Counted from the first letter of the stretch, positions 1 through 9,715 are shown. The stretch is 64,000 nt of DNA from Candidatus Pacearchaeota archaeon UBA92 (GCA_002497285.1 DANJ01000014.1:34089-98088), one strand, 5' to 3'. Numbers and translations are program-made. Notes: generated by a model from the letters alone, not told the origin.

Positions 1-1266
1 CTTCCAATAATCTTTTAATTTCCGCAGGAACTCCAATCTTTTCCTCTTTCATATTTTTAATTCCAAAACCAAAGATGCAGTCAAACTTTTCCAACAATTT
101 TAATTTCTTTCCATGTTCAAAATCAAAATCATTTATTACTTTCCATAAAACATCAATCGCCCTAGAAGTATTAAGATTATCATTAATCGCATTAATGAAT
201 TCATTCTCATAATCTTTTGTCCTATCTGTTCCTTTATGCCTCTCCTTTTTTAGTTCTACAATTTTCTTTTTCAATCTCTCATAAGCATTTCTAGCAGCAT
301 CCAAAATATCTAAAGAAAAATTAAGTTGTTTTCTATAATTAGTAAGAAAAAACAAATATCTAAGATGCATAGGGCTATAACCTTCTTTTTCTAAATCGGA
401 AATAGTATAAAGTCCTCCAGTGCTTTTAGAAATCTTTTTTCCCTTATTCATTAGAAAAGCCCCATGAATCCAATAATTAACAAACTTCTTTCCTGTGAGT
501 GCTTCAGATTGTGCAATTTCATTTGTATGGTGTACAGAAATATGGTCTTCTCCGCCCGTATGAATATCAAAGTGATTTCCTAAGTATTTCATACTCATAG
601 CAGAACATTCTAGATGCCATCCAGGAAAACCGATTCCCCATGGCGATTTCCATTCCTGCTGTCTTTCCCCAGGATTAGAAGAAAATTTCCAGAGAGCGAA
701 ATCAGTCTTATTCTTCTTTTCCCCAATCTCAACCCTTTTTCCAGCCCTTAGTTCTTTAATGTTGAGTTTTGCTAATTTACCATAACCCTTGAATTTCTTT
801 GAATCAAAATAAATCCCGTCTCTTGTTTTATAAGTAAACCCTTTCTTTTCTAATTTCTTGACAAGTTCAATCTGTTCTTTCACATGTTTTGTAGCCCAAG
901 CCCATTTCCAAGGTGAAAGGATGTTCATCTTTTTCAAATCTTTTTCAAATTCTTTAAAATAAAATCTTGCAATGTCTTCGGCCTTTTTACCTTCTCTTTC
1001 AGCTGCCTTTTCCATTTTGTCCTCTCCAGAGTCGGCATCCGAAGTTAAATGCCCTACATCAGTTACATTAATTACATGCTTTACCTTGTATTCATTATAA
1101 ATTAAAGTTCTTTTCAATAAATCTGCCAAAACATAGCTTCTTAAATTTCCAATATGCTGGTAAGAATAAACAGTTGGCCCACAGCTGTACATCTTAACCT
1201 CTTTTCCTATTGGTTTGAACTGCTCTTTTTTTCTAGTTAATGTATTATACAAATTCACCTTACTCA
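1..1266 (-). CDS. cysS: cysteine--tRNA ligase; start in window, C-terminus runs off the 5' edge
   Basis: Reverse-strand translation from ATG at 1266..1264 gives MSKVNLYNTLTRKKEQFKPIGKEVKMYSCGPTVYSYQHIGNLRSY, the class I HIGH motif in CysRS context. Downstream: FDIHTGGEDHISVHHTNEIAQSEAL and KISKST (KMSKS-like). Not in the ORF track because it is truncated by the window edge. Confidence 0.85.
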
Positions 1267-1291
1267 TCAATTAATCAGGTAAAAAGAGATT

Positions 1292-1801
1292 TTAAGCGTT
1301 TCTAATTATTCCGTGTTCATCTTGCCTTGGAAGTTTGATTAATCTTGGACTATTCGTTTTTTCTGCTTGTCTTAAATTAGTAAAACTTAAATCTAAACTA
1401 TAACCGAGCCTCCCCAAAAGAGTTTCACGCAAATATATTTGAGAAAGTTTGTTCAATTCAAGGCTTGAAAAATATTGACCAAAGATTAGAGAACTCTCTG
1501 GAACGATTATTAAATCGTAATCCCTTTTAACAATTGAAGGGCTTCCAAGGATAAATTCTTTTGCTCTTCCTTCAACAGATTCCAATATTTCATTGCATCT
1601 TCCAAAAGTTGGCCTCTGACTTGGATCTATAAGACTATGTGATAAGACATAACCAGAAAGAAACCTATCAACAAGGCTTGCTCCGTTCCTTCCCGTAAAA
1701 ACTCCGATTGGTTTTCTGCCTAAAAATCTTATCTCCACAACCGCAGAGGTTAATTTCAAATCTATTCCCAACCCATTTACACTTTCAACAGCCTGAATCA
1801 C
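1292..1801 (-). CDS. hypothetical protein (169 aa); weak, unconvincing resemblance to a Brix-type RNA-binding fold
   Basis: Intact ORF tightly packed between cysS and dus. No diagnostic motif. SQRPTFGRCNEI vaguely recalls the Brix SRKPSxRTRS segment but is not N-terminal as it is in Brix. Confidence 0.3.
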   Translation of the reverse strand: MIQAVESVNGLGIDLKLTSAVVEIRFLGRKPIGVFTGRNGASLVDRFLSGYVLSHSLIDPSQRPTFGRCNEILESVEGRAKEFILGSPSIVKRDYDLIIVPESSLIFGQYFSSLELNKLSQIYLRETLLGRLGYSLDLSFTNLRQAEKTNSPRLIKLPRQDEHGIIRNA

Positions 1802-1852
1802 TCGTCATCTCTCCATATTCCATTTATTAATCTGCCAAAAATAAAAAGCAAA

Positions 1853-2800
1853 TTATTTAAAACTTTCTATGAATTCCAGGATATCCTCAAAATTTTTCTT
1901 CTGCATTAATTTCTGCCTGATTTTTGCAGCGCCGTCAAATCCCTTCAAAAAACTACCTCCAAGATGCTTTACTCTTCCTAAATCAACAACCTCATGTTTC
2001 TCCGCCAATTTTAAATAATCCCTGAAAGCAGAAATTTTTTCCCCCTTTCCAATCTCCTTCTCACTTCCAGTTTTAAAATATCTCTCAATTCCTCTAAAAA
2101 TAAAAGGATTGCCAATAGCCCCCCTAGCAATCATCACTCCATCGCACAGATCTAAATATTTTTCAACATCTTTCCCAGAAAAAATATCTCCATTGGCTAT
2201 CAAAGGAATTCCAATTCTATCTTTTATCTTTGAAATCCATTTCCCATCTGCAGGAACGCTTGCACCTTGGTTAGCCAATCTTGTATGGACCGTAATGAGA
2301 TCAGCTCCAGCTTTTTCTATTTCTTTAACAACTTCAAGAGAATTGTTTTTATTAAAACCCAATCTAATTTTAGCAGTCACAGTCAAATCCCTATCTTTTA
2401 GAGTCTTTATCATTTCTCCTATTTTCTCTGGACTCTTAAGTAAATAACTCCCTGCCTGATTTCCGGTAATTCTAATACTTGGACATCCACAATTAATATC
2501 TATCAAACCATAACCATGCAATAGGTCCAATTTCGCAAATTTCTTAAATTCTTCAATACTGTTTCCAGTAACTTGTAGGCCAAGAGGTTTATCCTCTTTG
2601 CATGTCTTCATCAAACTCTTCGTCTTAGAATTTTCATGCAAAATAGCATCAATATAAATCATCTCTGTATAAGCCATTCCAGCCCCCTGCTTCCTGCATA
2701 ACAGCCTAAAAGCTAAATCGGTAACATCTACCATAGGTGATAAAAAAAGTCTATTTTTCACAAGAACATTGCCTATTTTCAAAGATTGACTAAATTTCAT
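1853..2800 (-). CDS. dus: tRNA-dihydrouridine synthase (Dus family, FMN TIM barrel)
   Basis: LSPMVDVTDLAFRLL near the N-terminus is the Dus signature. Conserved Cys in the INCGCP loop, KIRLG substrate-binding strand, 315 aa. Confidence 0.8.
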   Translation of the reverse strand: MKFSQSLKIGNVLVKNRLFLSPMVDVTDLAFRLLCRKQGAGMAYTEMIYIDAILHENSKTKSLMKTCKEDKPLGLQVTGNSIEEFKKFAKLDLLHGYGLIDINCGCPSIRITGNQAGSYLLKSPEKIGEMIKTLKDRDLTVTAKIRLGFNKNNSLEVVKEIEKAGADLITVHTRLANQGASVPADGKWISKIKDRIGIPLIANGDIFSGKDVEKYLDLCDGVMIARGAIGNPFIFRGIERYFKTGSEKEIGKGEKISAFRDYLKLAEKHEVVDLGRVKHLGGSFLKGFDGAAKIRQKLMQKKNFEDILEFIESFK

Positions 2801-2827
2801 ATTAAAAAATAGTAGAAAGAGTTTTTA

Positions 2828-3922
2828 TTACTTGACACTGCGTAATTCTCTTAGTAATCTTGGCCCCTTAAATATAAGGGGGGTAAATATCTGAATTCCG
2901 ACTACATCTTCTCCCTTAGTTCTCTCCTTAGCTCTTTCAGCAGAATTTATACCTCCACAGGCATTAATGTACAACTTGTAATTACCCATCCTAATAAAAT
3001 CCTCAAACATCGATTGTACATCGCTTGCACGCTTATAAAGCGCCTCACCGCTAGCACCTCCACGACCTTCAGGATTTGGAGGAGAAGTTATAAATCTAGG
3101 ATCATAGATAGCAGTAGTATTTGTTGTAGTAAATGCTCTGATTCCCTCAAGATTCCCTCCTCCTGGAAGGTTAATTGCACTTTTTTTATTATACTCTGCA
3201 CATATTCTAACAATATCCTGGACATCCTGCCATCCTAAATCTGGAGACACCTTTATATCGAGCTCTTGTCCTATATGCATTGCTCCCCTCACAACTTTTA
3301 CCATATCAAGCATTCCAGATTGATACTCATTTCTTGAATCTCCTCCAGTAGAACTATGCGTGTTGGGACAAGATATGTTTAGCTCAAACCTGCTAACCTT
3401 ATGTAAATCTCTTGTTTCAAGCACTGTTCCTTCTAAATCTCTCAGCAACTCATCTCCCTGTTTTTCAGGAGTAGACATTAAATTTACAGTTACAGGAACT
3501 CCATGCTCTCCAAATTCATTCATATTGTCTGCAACTGGTTTAGCTCCTGGCCCTGGCAATTTCATCCAATTAACCAGAGATTCAGTTTCAGGATATCTTT
3601 TTATCGTATTTCCTGAATTTCCATCATATTTATCATATGTAACGGTTCCAATGACTATTCTATCAAAACCCAAGTACTTAAGAAAAACAGGAGGAATATT
3701 TCCATTTTTATCAAATCCAGCAGCATTAGAAATCTCAAAACCGAGATCTTTCCTATTCTCTCTGCAATTTAAAAGAATCTTGCTTAGCCCTCGTGAATCA
3801 ACCCACCTAGCTAACCGAACAAATTCATCATGGGCCAATTTAACATTTTCTTTAGTTCTTTCAAATATACCGTCTCTTCTTAATTGATACCCTACCTCAA
3901 CAGCTTTTCTTAATAATTTCAT
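2828..3922 (-). CDS. pyrD: dihydroorotate dehydrogenase-like flavoprotein (class 2 DHODH-like)
   Basis: NAAGFDKNG, LGFDRIVIGTVT, LPGPG, NISCPNT (catalytic Ser/Cys loop), TTTNTT and a C-terminal CGGI..G.QI.T motif match the DHODH family order. Adjacent to pyrC. Confidence 0.6.
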   Translation of the reverse strand: MKLLRKAVEVGYQLRRDGIFERTKENVKLAHDEFVRLARWVDSRGLSKILLNCRENRKDLGFEISNAAGFDKNGNIPPVFLKYLGFDRIVIGTVTYDKYDGNSGNTIKRYPETESLVNWMKLPGPGAKPVADNMNEFGEHGVPVTVNLMSTPEKQGDELLRDLEGTVLETRDLHKVSRFELNISCPNTHSSTGGDSRNEYQSGMLDMVKVVRGAMHIGQELDIKVSPDLGWQDVQDIVRICAEYNKKSAINLPGGGNLEGIRAFTTTNTTAIYDPRFITSPPNPEGRGGASGEALYKRASDVQSMFEDFIRMGNYKLYINACGGINSAERAKERTKGEDVVGIQIFTPLIFKGPRLLRELRSVK

Positions 3923-3923
3923 A

Positions 3924-5072
3924 TTATAACTTATTTACCATCCCTAGCTCTTCTTCAAGTTTTCTCCAAGGATTAATTTCATAATCTCCTCTTCTGTCCT
4001 TAATGGGCTTTCTCTTCCTGATAACGTCCGCTCCAAATCTTTCCACAGCAGCGCTAAAAGTTATCTCTTCTATTCTTTTTTCTGTAAATCCTCTTCTTCT
4101 GAAAAATTCCTCAAATAAAGGCCACCAAGCTAAAGCATTAACACCAGAAGCACAAGCCTCGTACTTATCCTTTCTTGTATGTGGCGCATGATCTGTTTCA
4201 AGAAAATCAATTCTGCCTTCCCTTAAATCTTCCAATAGCAACTCAGGTTCACCTGGAGCCCTAAGGGGAGGATTCATCTTTTTTTCTAGACCTTGAATTC
4301 CAAGCATCTCCGTATAAGGAAGTAAAAGATGATGTGGACATACTCCTGCAGAAACATCTAACCCTCTTTTTTTTGCAAGGTTAATATATTCAACACCCTC
4401 ATGTGTAGAAACATGAACAAAATGCAATTTTCCCTTAAATCCTGTAAGATAAGCAAAACCAAGCATATCTCTTATTGATTCTGTTTCAGCAATAGCTGGC
4501 CTTGCAAAAGCATGAGTTATTGGATTTCTTGGATCCCAAATCTCTGGCTTCATTCTTGCTTCTTTTTCTGGATGTATCAATAAAGACCCATCATATCCTT
4601 CGTTTGAAAAAGTATTGAAAACATTAAAATGATCTCTGACATCCACTATTCCTAGTTGATTAGTTGAATTCCCCCCATACATTTTAAATCCTAAAACAAA
4701 AGGAAGTCTTCTGTAAGCCTGTATACCTCTCTTTATTTGCTCAGGATCTTTTGTCACACCCATCCAAATAAAATAAGCAACCTCAGGAATATTTGCAGCC
4801 TTTGCCAGATTATATCTTGCAACAGCAAGTTCTTCAGTAAAGATAGAAGGTTTAGTATTGGGCATAATCCCTATCCCATCCACTCCAGAATCTCTTGCGA
4901 CATTTAAGACATGTTCAACCGTCTCTTTATACGCCTCTTCCCAATCTCTATCATGAACATGACCATCAAAATACATGGTCTTATCCAATTCAAGCCATTT
5001 AAATAATTGATTAACTACTAAGATAGACAAAAAATCAGATAATCCAAAACAATTATAAGATGCCTTAATCAT
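3924..5072 (-). CDS. pyrC: dihydroorotase (cyclic amidohydrolase superfamily); true start probably the internal Met at about 4976 (MYFDGHVH)
   Basis: Metal ligand motifs in order: DGHVH, FKMY (carbamylated Lys region), HFVHVSTHEG, CPHHLLL, NPPLR, ETDHAPH. Confidence 0.75.
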   Translation of the reverse strand: MIKASYNCFGLSDFLSILVVNQLFKWLELDKTMYFDGHVHDRDWEEAYKETVEHVLNVARDSGVDGIGIMPNTKPSIFTEELAVARYNLAKAANIPEVAYFIWMGVTKDPEQIKRGIQAYRRLPFVLGFKMYGGNSTNQLGIVDVRDHFNVFNTFSNEGYDGSLLIHPEKEARMKPEIWDPRNPITHAFARPAIAETESIRDMLGFAYLTGFKGKLHFVHVSTHEGVEYINLAKKRGLDVSAGVCPHHLLLPYTEMLGIQGLEKKMNPPLRAPGEPELLLEDLREGRIDFLETDHAPHTRKDKYEACASGVNALAWWPLFEEFFRRRGFTEKRIEEITFSAAVERFGADVIRKRKPIKDRRGDYEINPWRKLEEELGMVNKL

Positions 5073-5080
5073 AATATCTG

Positions 5081-5297
5081 ATGAAAAGAGGGCATTTTAA
5101 CCGAAAAATAGATATTTATAATCATCTCATTAATTATTGTAATTTCAACCCTATATTTTTTAATTCAAAAGATAATAGTTTCTCCACTAAAAAGTCCAAC
5201 AATTAAAAGTATAAACTCTGAAACCAATTTTAGAAAAGTTAATCTTATTGCTTATGAATGGGAAAATGGCTCCACTAGTCAAGATAATCTTGTTCCC
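5081..5297 (+). pseudogene. degenerate 5' end of the 5298 gene: remnant of a class III signal peptide disrupted by a frameshift and an in-frame TAG
   Basis: ATG at 5081 encodes MKRG in frame 2. Frame 0, the frame of the 5298 ORF, then reads GILTEK-TAG(5109..5111)-IFIIISLIIVISTLYFLIQKIIVSP. This parallels MQKRGLSEVITTVLIILIVLISISIIWLF of the downstream paralog. No in-frame ATG/GTG/TTG lies between the TAG and 5298. Confidence 0.35.
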
Positions 5298-6605
5298 ATG
5301 TACCAACTCTGGCATCCAAACACTGAAAGAGCGATAAGAGAAACTAATAGTCAACCTGTAGGGCATAGAGTAATTATTGATAGAATATCATACTCTGGAA
5401 TAAATGCTAACCCTGCCGATAAATGTCAAGACCCAGTAAGCAAAAATTATTACGACTGCATCTGGTGGGATAGCGGAATAAATTCCACAAAAGAAAAATA
5501 TGAAGATTTTTTAGCTCCCTTTAATGCCTCAGGAGGAAAACTAGACTATTGGGTATTAGATACAGAAACTTGGCTTTCAAACTGGGCAATTGGTTCAAAT
5601 AAAAATGACTTATCCCAAAAAGAAAGATGGAGAGCAATTCAAAATGATCCTAGAAATGCTACATTATTTGCAGAGTTAAATGCTCTCGGATTCACAGGAC
5701 AAGATTTAATCGGAACAGTCTATAATTGGAGCAAAGGTGGAGACAATTATCTAATATGGAATTCATTAATGGGAAATAAAGTAGCCGATTATTATAATGA
5801 AGCAACATATGATGTAATCAAAAAATATTATCCTAATGTGGAAATGTTGAATTATGGTTTAGGTTATCGTAGTCAAGAATATCAAGTTCCTGATTTGAAC
5901 GGACATAAACAATATAAATATGGTCCTGGAAATAATGTCGGAACCGATCAAACTCAAGATGGGCTATATGGTCGGCTTGGGCAAATAACAAATCGAAATA
6001 GGCTAATTAATGGCTTCACCTATAATGCAACTGCGTTCAATGCTTTTAGATACGAAGTAAACAGAATGCGTTCAATGCTTCTTTCAAACCAATCAGTACC
6101 TATATCTCCTTGGATTTCTCACAAAAGCTGGAATAAAACGCTAGTTGATGATAATGATTATTATGAAGAAATGATTATTCACTTATCTTTAACAAACGCA
6201 AACGTCATTATATATTGGAATCCAAAATCAGGAGATGGCCTATTACAAGATAAAGATGATGAATTACTTAGCAATTTGCTAAATGAAGAAAATCAATTTA
6301 TAGGTTATATGAATAAAAAGCCAATTACTTCTAATTATATAACCTATTCAGATGACTGGTGGACTTCAGATTATGTATTATCTGGAATGAACGCAGGAGG
6401 ACAAAAAGTATGGAGATTCACGCCAGATGTTATAAATGGCACTTACAAATTAGTCAATGATCCAAATTCAATAGTATTTACGACAGCCCAATATAGAGTA
6501 ACAATTCCAGAAGGTACAATTTATCCCAATCAAGTATCTAAATATGGTTTTTGGATTACACAACCCCTAAATTCTATAGATCCTGAAGTGGAAAAGTTGA
6601 GATAA
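5298..6605 (+). CDS. hypothetical protein, N-terminally truncated tandem paralog of the 6682..8550 product (shared about 430-aa C-terminal domain of unknown function)
   Basis: Collinear similarity to residues about 190-622 of the downstream protein, e.g. CQDPVSKNYYDCIWWDSGINSTKEKYEDF..LDYWVLDTETWLSNWAIGSNKNDLSQ..RWRAIQNDPRN. Lacks the signal peptide and pilin-like N-domain. Confidence 0.6.
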   Translation: MYQLWHPNTERAIRETNSQPVGHRVIIDRISYSGINANPADKCQDPVSKNYYDCIWWDSGINSTKEKYEDFLAPFNASGGKLDYWVLDTETWLSNWAIGSNKNDLSQKERWRAIQNDPRNATLFAELNALGFTGQDLIGTVYNWSKGGDNYLIWNSLMGNKVADYYNEATYDVIKKYYPNVEMLNYGLGYRSQEYQVPDLNGHKQYKYGPGNNVGTDQTQDGLYGRLGQITNRNRLINGFTYNATAFNAFRYEVNRMRSMLLSNQSVPISPWISHKSWNKTLVDDNDYYEEMIIHLSLTNANVIIYWNPKSGDGLLQDKDDELLSNLLNEENQFIGYMNKKPITSNYITYSDDWWTSDYVLSGMNAGGQKVWRFTPDVINGTYKLVNDPNSIVFTTAQYRVTIPEGTIYPNQVSKYGFWITQPLNSIDPEVEKLR

Positions 6606-6681
6606 AATTTATCTTAATCCTTTGATAATTTGTAAAATCACAAATCCAGAACCATTATAAATTAAATATTCTTATCATTAT

Positions 6682-8550
6682 ATGCAAAAGAGGGGTTTAT
6701 CCGAGGTTATAACCACTGTTCTGATAATACTTATTGTTCTTATCAGCATATCCATAATCTGGCTCTTTATCAGGCCAGCAATAGATAGCGTTGTTGGAAA
6801 CAATGACGACAATCCTGGAGAAATTTCAAAACTGAGAAGTTGTCTTGATTTAGAGTTAAATGTTAAAAATTGCAATTTCTTAGGAAATGACTCATACCAA
6901 ATTAGAATCGAAAGAGGAAATGATGAATTAGAAATAAAAGAAATTGTCTTTAAATTTAAGACAAATAATAATGAATTTATATTGAGAAATAATACTCTAA
7001 TTCCAATGCAGTTTGGCTCAGCTATTTATACCTTCAATTTATCAAAAGAAACACAAGAGTCGATTAACTCTGTAGACATATCAGGAATATTATCAAACAA
7101 TAATCCTTGTAGCTTCTCAGGTTTGTCTTTTTCCTGCTCTCAGCAAACTATAGAAAATAATGGAGAAAATAATTTCGAACTTCTGACAACTTATGCATTA
7201 TCCTGGGAAGGAACACCTGGACTAAATTCTAATGTAATTCCAATGTATCAACTAAGAATACAGAACACCCCTGCTCAGGCACTGGCTTTTACATCACAAC
7301 AACCCTCCAGATACAGAACAATAATAGACAGAAGTAGATATCAAGGGATAAATACAAATGAATCAGACAAATGTCAAGATCCAGTAAGTGGCAATTTCTA
7401 CGATTGTATATGGTGGGACAACGGAATAAATGCAACAAAACAAAAATATGAAACTTTCCTCAGCCAATATTCTCAGCAGGGCGGAGAATTAGATTATTGG
7501 ATTTTAGATACAGAAACTTGGCTTTCAAACTGGGCAATTGGCTCAAATAAAAATGACCTATCACAACAGGCAAGATGGAGGGCAATTCAAAATGATCCTA
7601 GAAATGTTACATTATTTCAAGAATTAAATTCTCGTGGATTTAACGGTCAAGATTTGCTAGGAACCGTATTTGACTGGCAAAATGGAGGAGATAATTATCT
7701 AATCTGGAACTCTTTAATGAGAAATAAAGTTGCAACCTATTACAATGATTCTGTGTATAAAGAGGTCAAAAAATATTATCCTAATGTGAAAATGTCCAAT
7801 TATGGTTTAAATCATTGGAGTCAGGAATATGAGGTTCCAGAACTAAACGGGCATAAACAATACAAGTATGGCTCAGGAAGTCATGTTGGAACATATCAGA
7901 CCCAAGACGGCTTATATGGAAATTTAGGGCAAGTAACCTGGACAAACAGATTAATACAGGGCTACACATATGAAGGAACTCCATTCAACGCATTCAGATA
8001 TGAACTAAACAGAATGCGTTCTATGAAACTATCAAGCACCATAGAAATACAACCCTGGATTATCTATAAGGGGTGGAATAAGAGTTTAATGTTCGGAACA
8101 GATTATTATGAAGAATTAATGTTGCACCTAACCTTAATAAATCCAGAAACGTTTCTCTACTGGAATTATAGAGGGCAAGGAGAAAGCCCTCCTTCAAATG
8201 ATGGAAATGACACGCTATTCAGTAATATCCTATCTGAGGCAGACTCTCTAGTTGGATATAAAGATAAACAAATAATAACTTACAACTACGAATCTTACTC
8301 TGATGAGGAATGGTGGAAATCAGATTATGTTTTATCTGGAATGGAAGCCAAAGGGCAGAAAGTATGGAGATTCACTCCTAATTCAACGAACTATGAAATC
8401 AATACAAATAACATAAGAACAACATTCACAACTCAAAGGTATAATATAACAATTCCTCAAGGAGAAATAAGACCAAATAGTGTGTCCACAATAGGAATTT
8501 GGGTAACCCAACCCCTTGGAGCTGGAGAAATAACGATACAGTCCATTTAA
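6682..8550 (+). CDS. exported protein with archaeal class III (prepilin-type) signal peptide, conserved pilin-like N-domain and a C-terminal domain of unknown function
   Basis: N-terminus MQKRGLSEVITTVLIILIVLISISIIWLF has the KRG|LSxVIxTVLLI prepilin-peptidase substrate pattern. The N-domain carries the C..LDL.V..C motif also seen in the 58924 and 61970 proteins. The C-terminal 430 aa are paralogous to the 5298 gene. Confidence 0.7.
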   Translation: MQKRGLSEVITTVLIILIVLISISIIWLFIRPAIDSVVGNNDDNPGEISKLRSCLDLELNVKNCNFLGNDSYQIRIERGNDELEIKEIVFKFKTNNNEFILRNNTLIPMQFGSAIYTFNLSKETQESINSVDISGILSNNNPCSFSGLSFSCSQQTIENNGENNFELLTTYALSWEGTPGLNSNVIPMYQLRIQNTPAQALAFTSQQPSRYRTIIDRSRYQGINTNESDKCQDPVSGNFYDCIWWDNGINATKQKYETFLSQYSQQGGELDYWILDTETWLSNWAIGSNKNDLSQQARWRAIQNDPRNVTLFQELNSRGFNGQDLLGTVFDWQNGGDNYLIWNSLMRNKVATYYNDSVYKEVKKYYPNVKMSNYGLNHWSQEYEVPELNGHKQYKYGSGSHVGTYQTQDGLYGNLGQVTWTNRLIQGYTYEGTPFNAFRYELNRMRSMKLSSTIEIQPWIIYKGWNKSLMFGTDYYEELMLHLTLINPETFLYWNYRGQGESPPSNDGNDTLFSNILSEADSLVGYKDKQIITYNYESYSDEEWWKSDYVLSGMEAKGQKVWRFTPNSTNYEINTNNIRTTFTTQRYNITIPQGEIRPNSVSTIGIWVTQPLGAGEITIQSI

Positions 8551-8589
8551 TCCAACAATCTTTATATATTCTAATTTATATCATTATTA

Positions 8590-8970
8590 ATGGAAAAAGA
8601 CATCGACAGAATACCAAAAAATCAGGAAACGGACATAGTAATTAGAATTGACGACTTCGGCGGAAGAATAGGATTGACAATAAGAGAATTCGTAAAATCT
8701 GAAAGATACACCGGCTTCACAAAAGCAGGCACACGAATTCCAGCAGACCAGTTCAAGAACTTCAAGGCATCAATTAACTCGATAAAAGAATCTGATTTCG
8801 AACAAGAAGCAAGTGAAGAACAGAAAGAGGCAGAAGAGCCAGAATCAAGGCCCGCACACGACAAGCACGTATCAAAACAAGGCAGTAAGCAAGACAATAA
8901 ATCGGGCAATAAGCCAAGTCACAATCAAGGCCATAGTCATTCAGACGCTCCAGAAGAAATGGAGATGTAA
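8590..8970 (+). CDS. PC4/YdbC-like ssDNA-binding protein (transcriptional coactivator p15 fold) with acidic/His-rich tail
   Basis: DIVIRIDDFGGRIGLTIREFVKSERYTGFTKAGTRIPADQFKNFKASINSI matches the PC4 core pattern (K.LIDIREY....G...PGRKGISL..EQW..L...I..I). Confidence 0.5.
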   Translation: MEKDIDRIPKNQETDIVIRIDDFGGRIGLTIREFVKSERYTGFTKAGTRIPADQFKNFKASINSIKESDFEQEASEEQKEAEEPESRPAHDKHVSKQGSKQDNKSGNKPSHNQGHSHSDAPEEMEM

Positions 8971-8986
8971 TTTATTTTGTGAAAAT

Positions 8987-9241
8987 CTAGCACAACCTCT
9001 TCTCATCATCGCTTCTTCTATCTTCCCAATCATCACTAAAAGTGACAAGCCCTGTCAAAGGAACCATCTCAACCAATTCATTATCGCTACAAGTAATCAA
9101 AAAATCCTGGCACGAATTGCCCTGGCAGATTGCTTTGGTGTGTGTATAATCATAACTAATTCTTTCTTCTCCTTTAGTTAAAATTACAAATGCTGAAAAG
9201 ATAATTAATAGTAAAAGAATCAAAATCAAAGCTTTTTTCAT
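8987..9241 (-). CDS. small secreted/membrane Cys-rich protein (84 aa)
   Basis: N-terminal hydrophobic segment KKALILILLLLIIFSAFVIL, then 5 Cys in 50 aa. 4-nt start/stop overlap with the upstream gene at 9238. Confidence 0.35.
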   Translation of the reverse strand: MKKALILILLLLIIFSAFVILTKGEERISYDYTHTKAICQGNSCQDFLITCSDNELVEMVPLTGLVTFSDDWEDRRSDDEKRLC

Positions 9242-9654
9242 TGGGCTAAATCAATCTCCCCACTATCTGAACTATCATTTTCTTCTTTTAATTCTTTACG
9301 TTCTTCTTTTAATTCTTCACGAGCCTCTCTGCTTTCTTCAACTCGCTCATCATAATCTCCCCCAATTACAGGTAATTTTAATCTGGCTCTAAGCAAATTG
9401 TATTCTCCAACATCATACACAAGTAATCTTTCAGGAGTTCTAAGAATGTCACCAAAATAAGGCAAATTCATCAAACCTTTATCCTCCCGCCAATTATTGT
9501 TAGGTTTCCTAAATATCTCTTTCGCATCCGCCAATCCTATTTCAGCCCTGTGCCTTACAAAATCTTCATCAGGATGAGTTAAAAATTTAACTTGCACTCT
9601 GTCTGTTAAAGTTCTCTCCAAAAAAGCATAATAATGCTTCCGTCCTTCTGCCAT
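9238..9654 (-). CDS. hypothetical protein with acidic coiled-coil C-terminus
   Basis: 138-aa ORF with good coding appearance. No recognisable motif. Confidence 0.35.
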   Translation of the reverse strand: MAEGRKHYYAFLERTLTDRVQVKFLTHPDEDFVRHRAEIGLADAKEIFRKPNNNWREDKGLMNLPYFGDILRTPERLLVYDVGEYNLLRARLKLPVIGGDYDERVEESREAREELKEERKELKEENDSSDSGEIDLAQ

Positions 9655-9715
9655 AAAAAATCTAATAAAGGCAGATTAAAAACCTTTCTAATTTGTAACT
9701 AGAGGATTACTACAA

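Noticed and set aside
1292-1801. Calling the 169-aa protein a Brix-domain ribosome biogenesis factor
   Set aside because: The only similarity, SQRPTFGR, is internal rather than N-terminal as in Brix. Too weak to assert, so it is left as hypothetical.
2109-4191. Plus-strand ORFs 2109..2447, 3014..3238, 3360..3887, 4003..4191
   Set aside because: All lie fully antisense to well-supported minus-strand genes (dus, pyrD-like, pyrC). They are low-complexity Ser/Leu/Phe-rich shadow ORFs typical of AT-rich DNA.
5109-5111. TAG read-through or stop-codon reassignment as the explanation for the interrupted signal peptide
   Set aside because: TAG, TAA and TGA all terminate well-defined genes in the window. 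A frameshift also occurs 15 nt upstream, so simple pseudogenisation is more parsimonious.
6678-9181. ORFs 6678..6875(-), 7781..7984(-), 8622..8909(-), 8813..9181(+)
   Set aside because: Antisense to or overlapping stronger genes (the class III protein, the PC4-like gene, the small Cys-rich gene). No motifs. Shadow ORFs.
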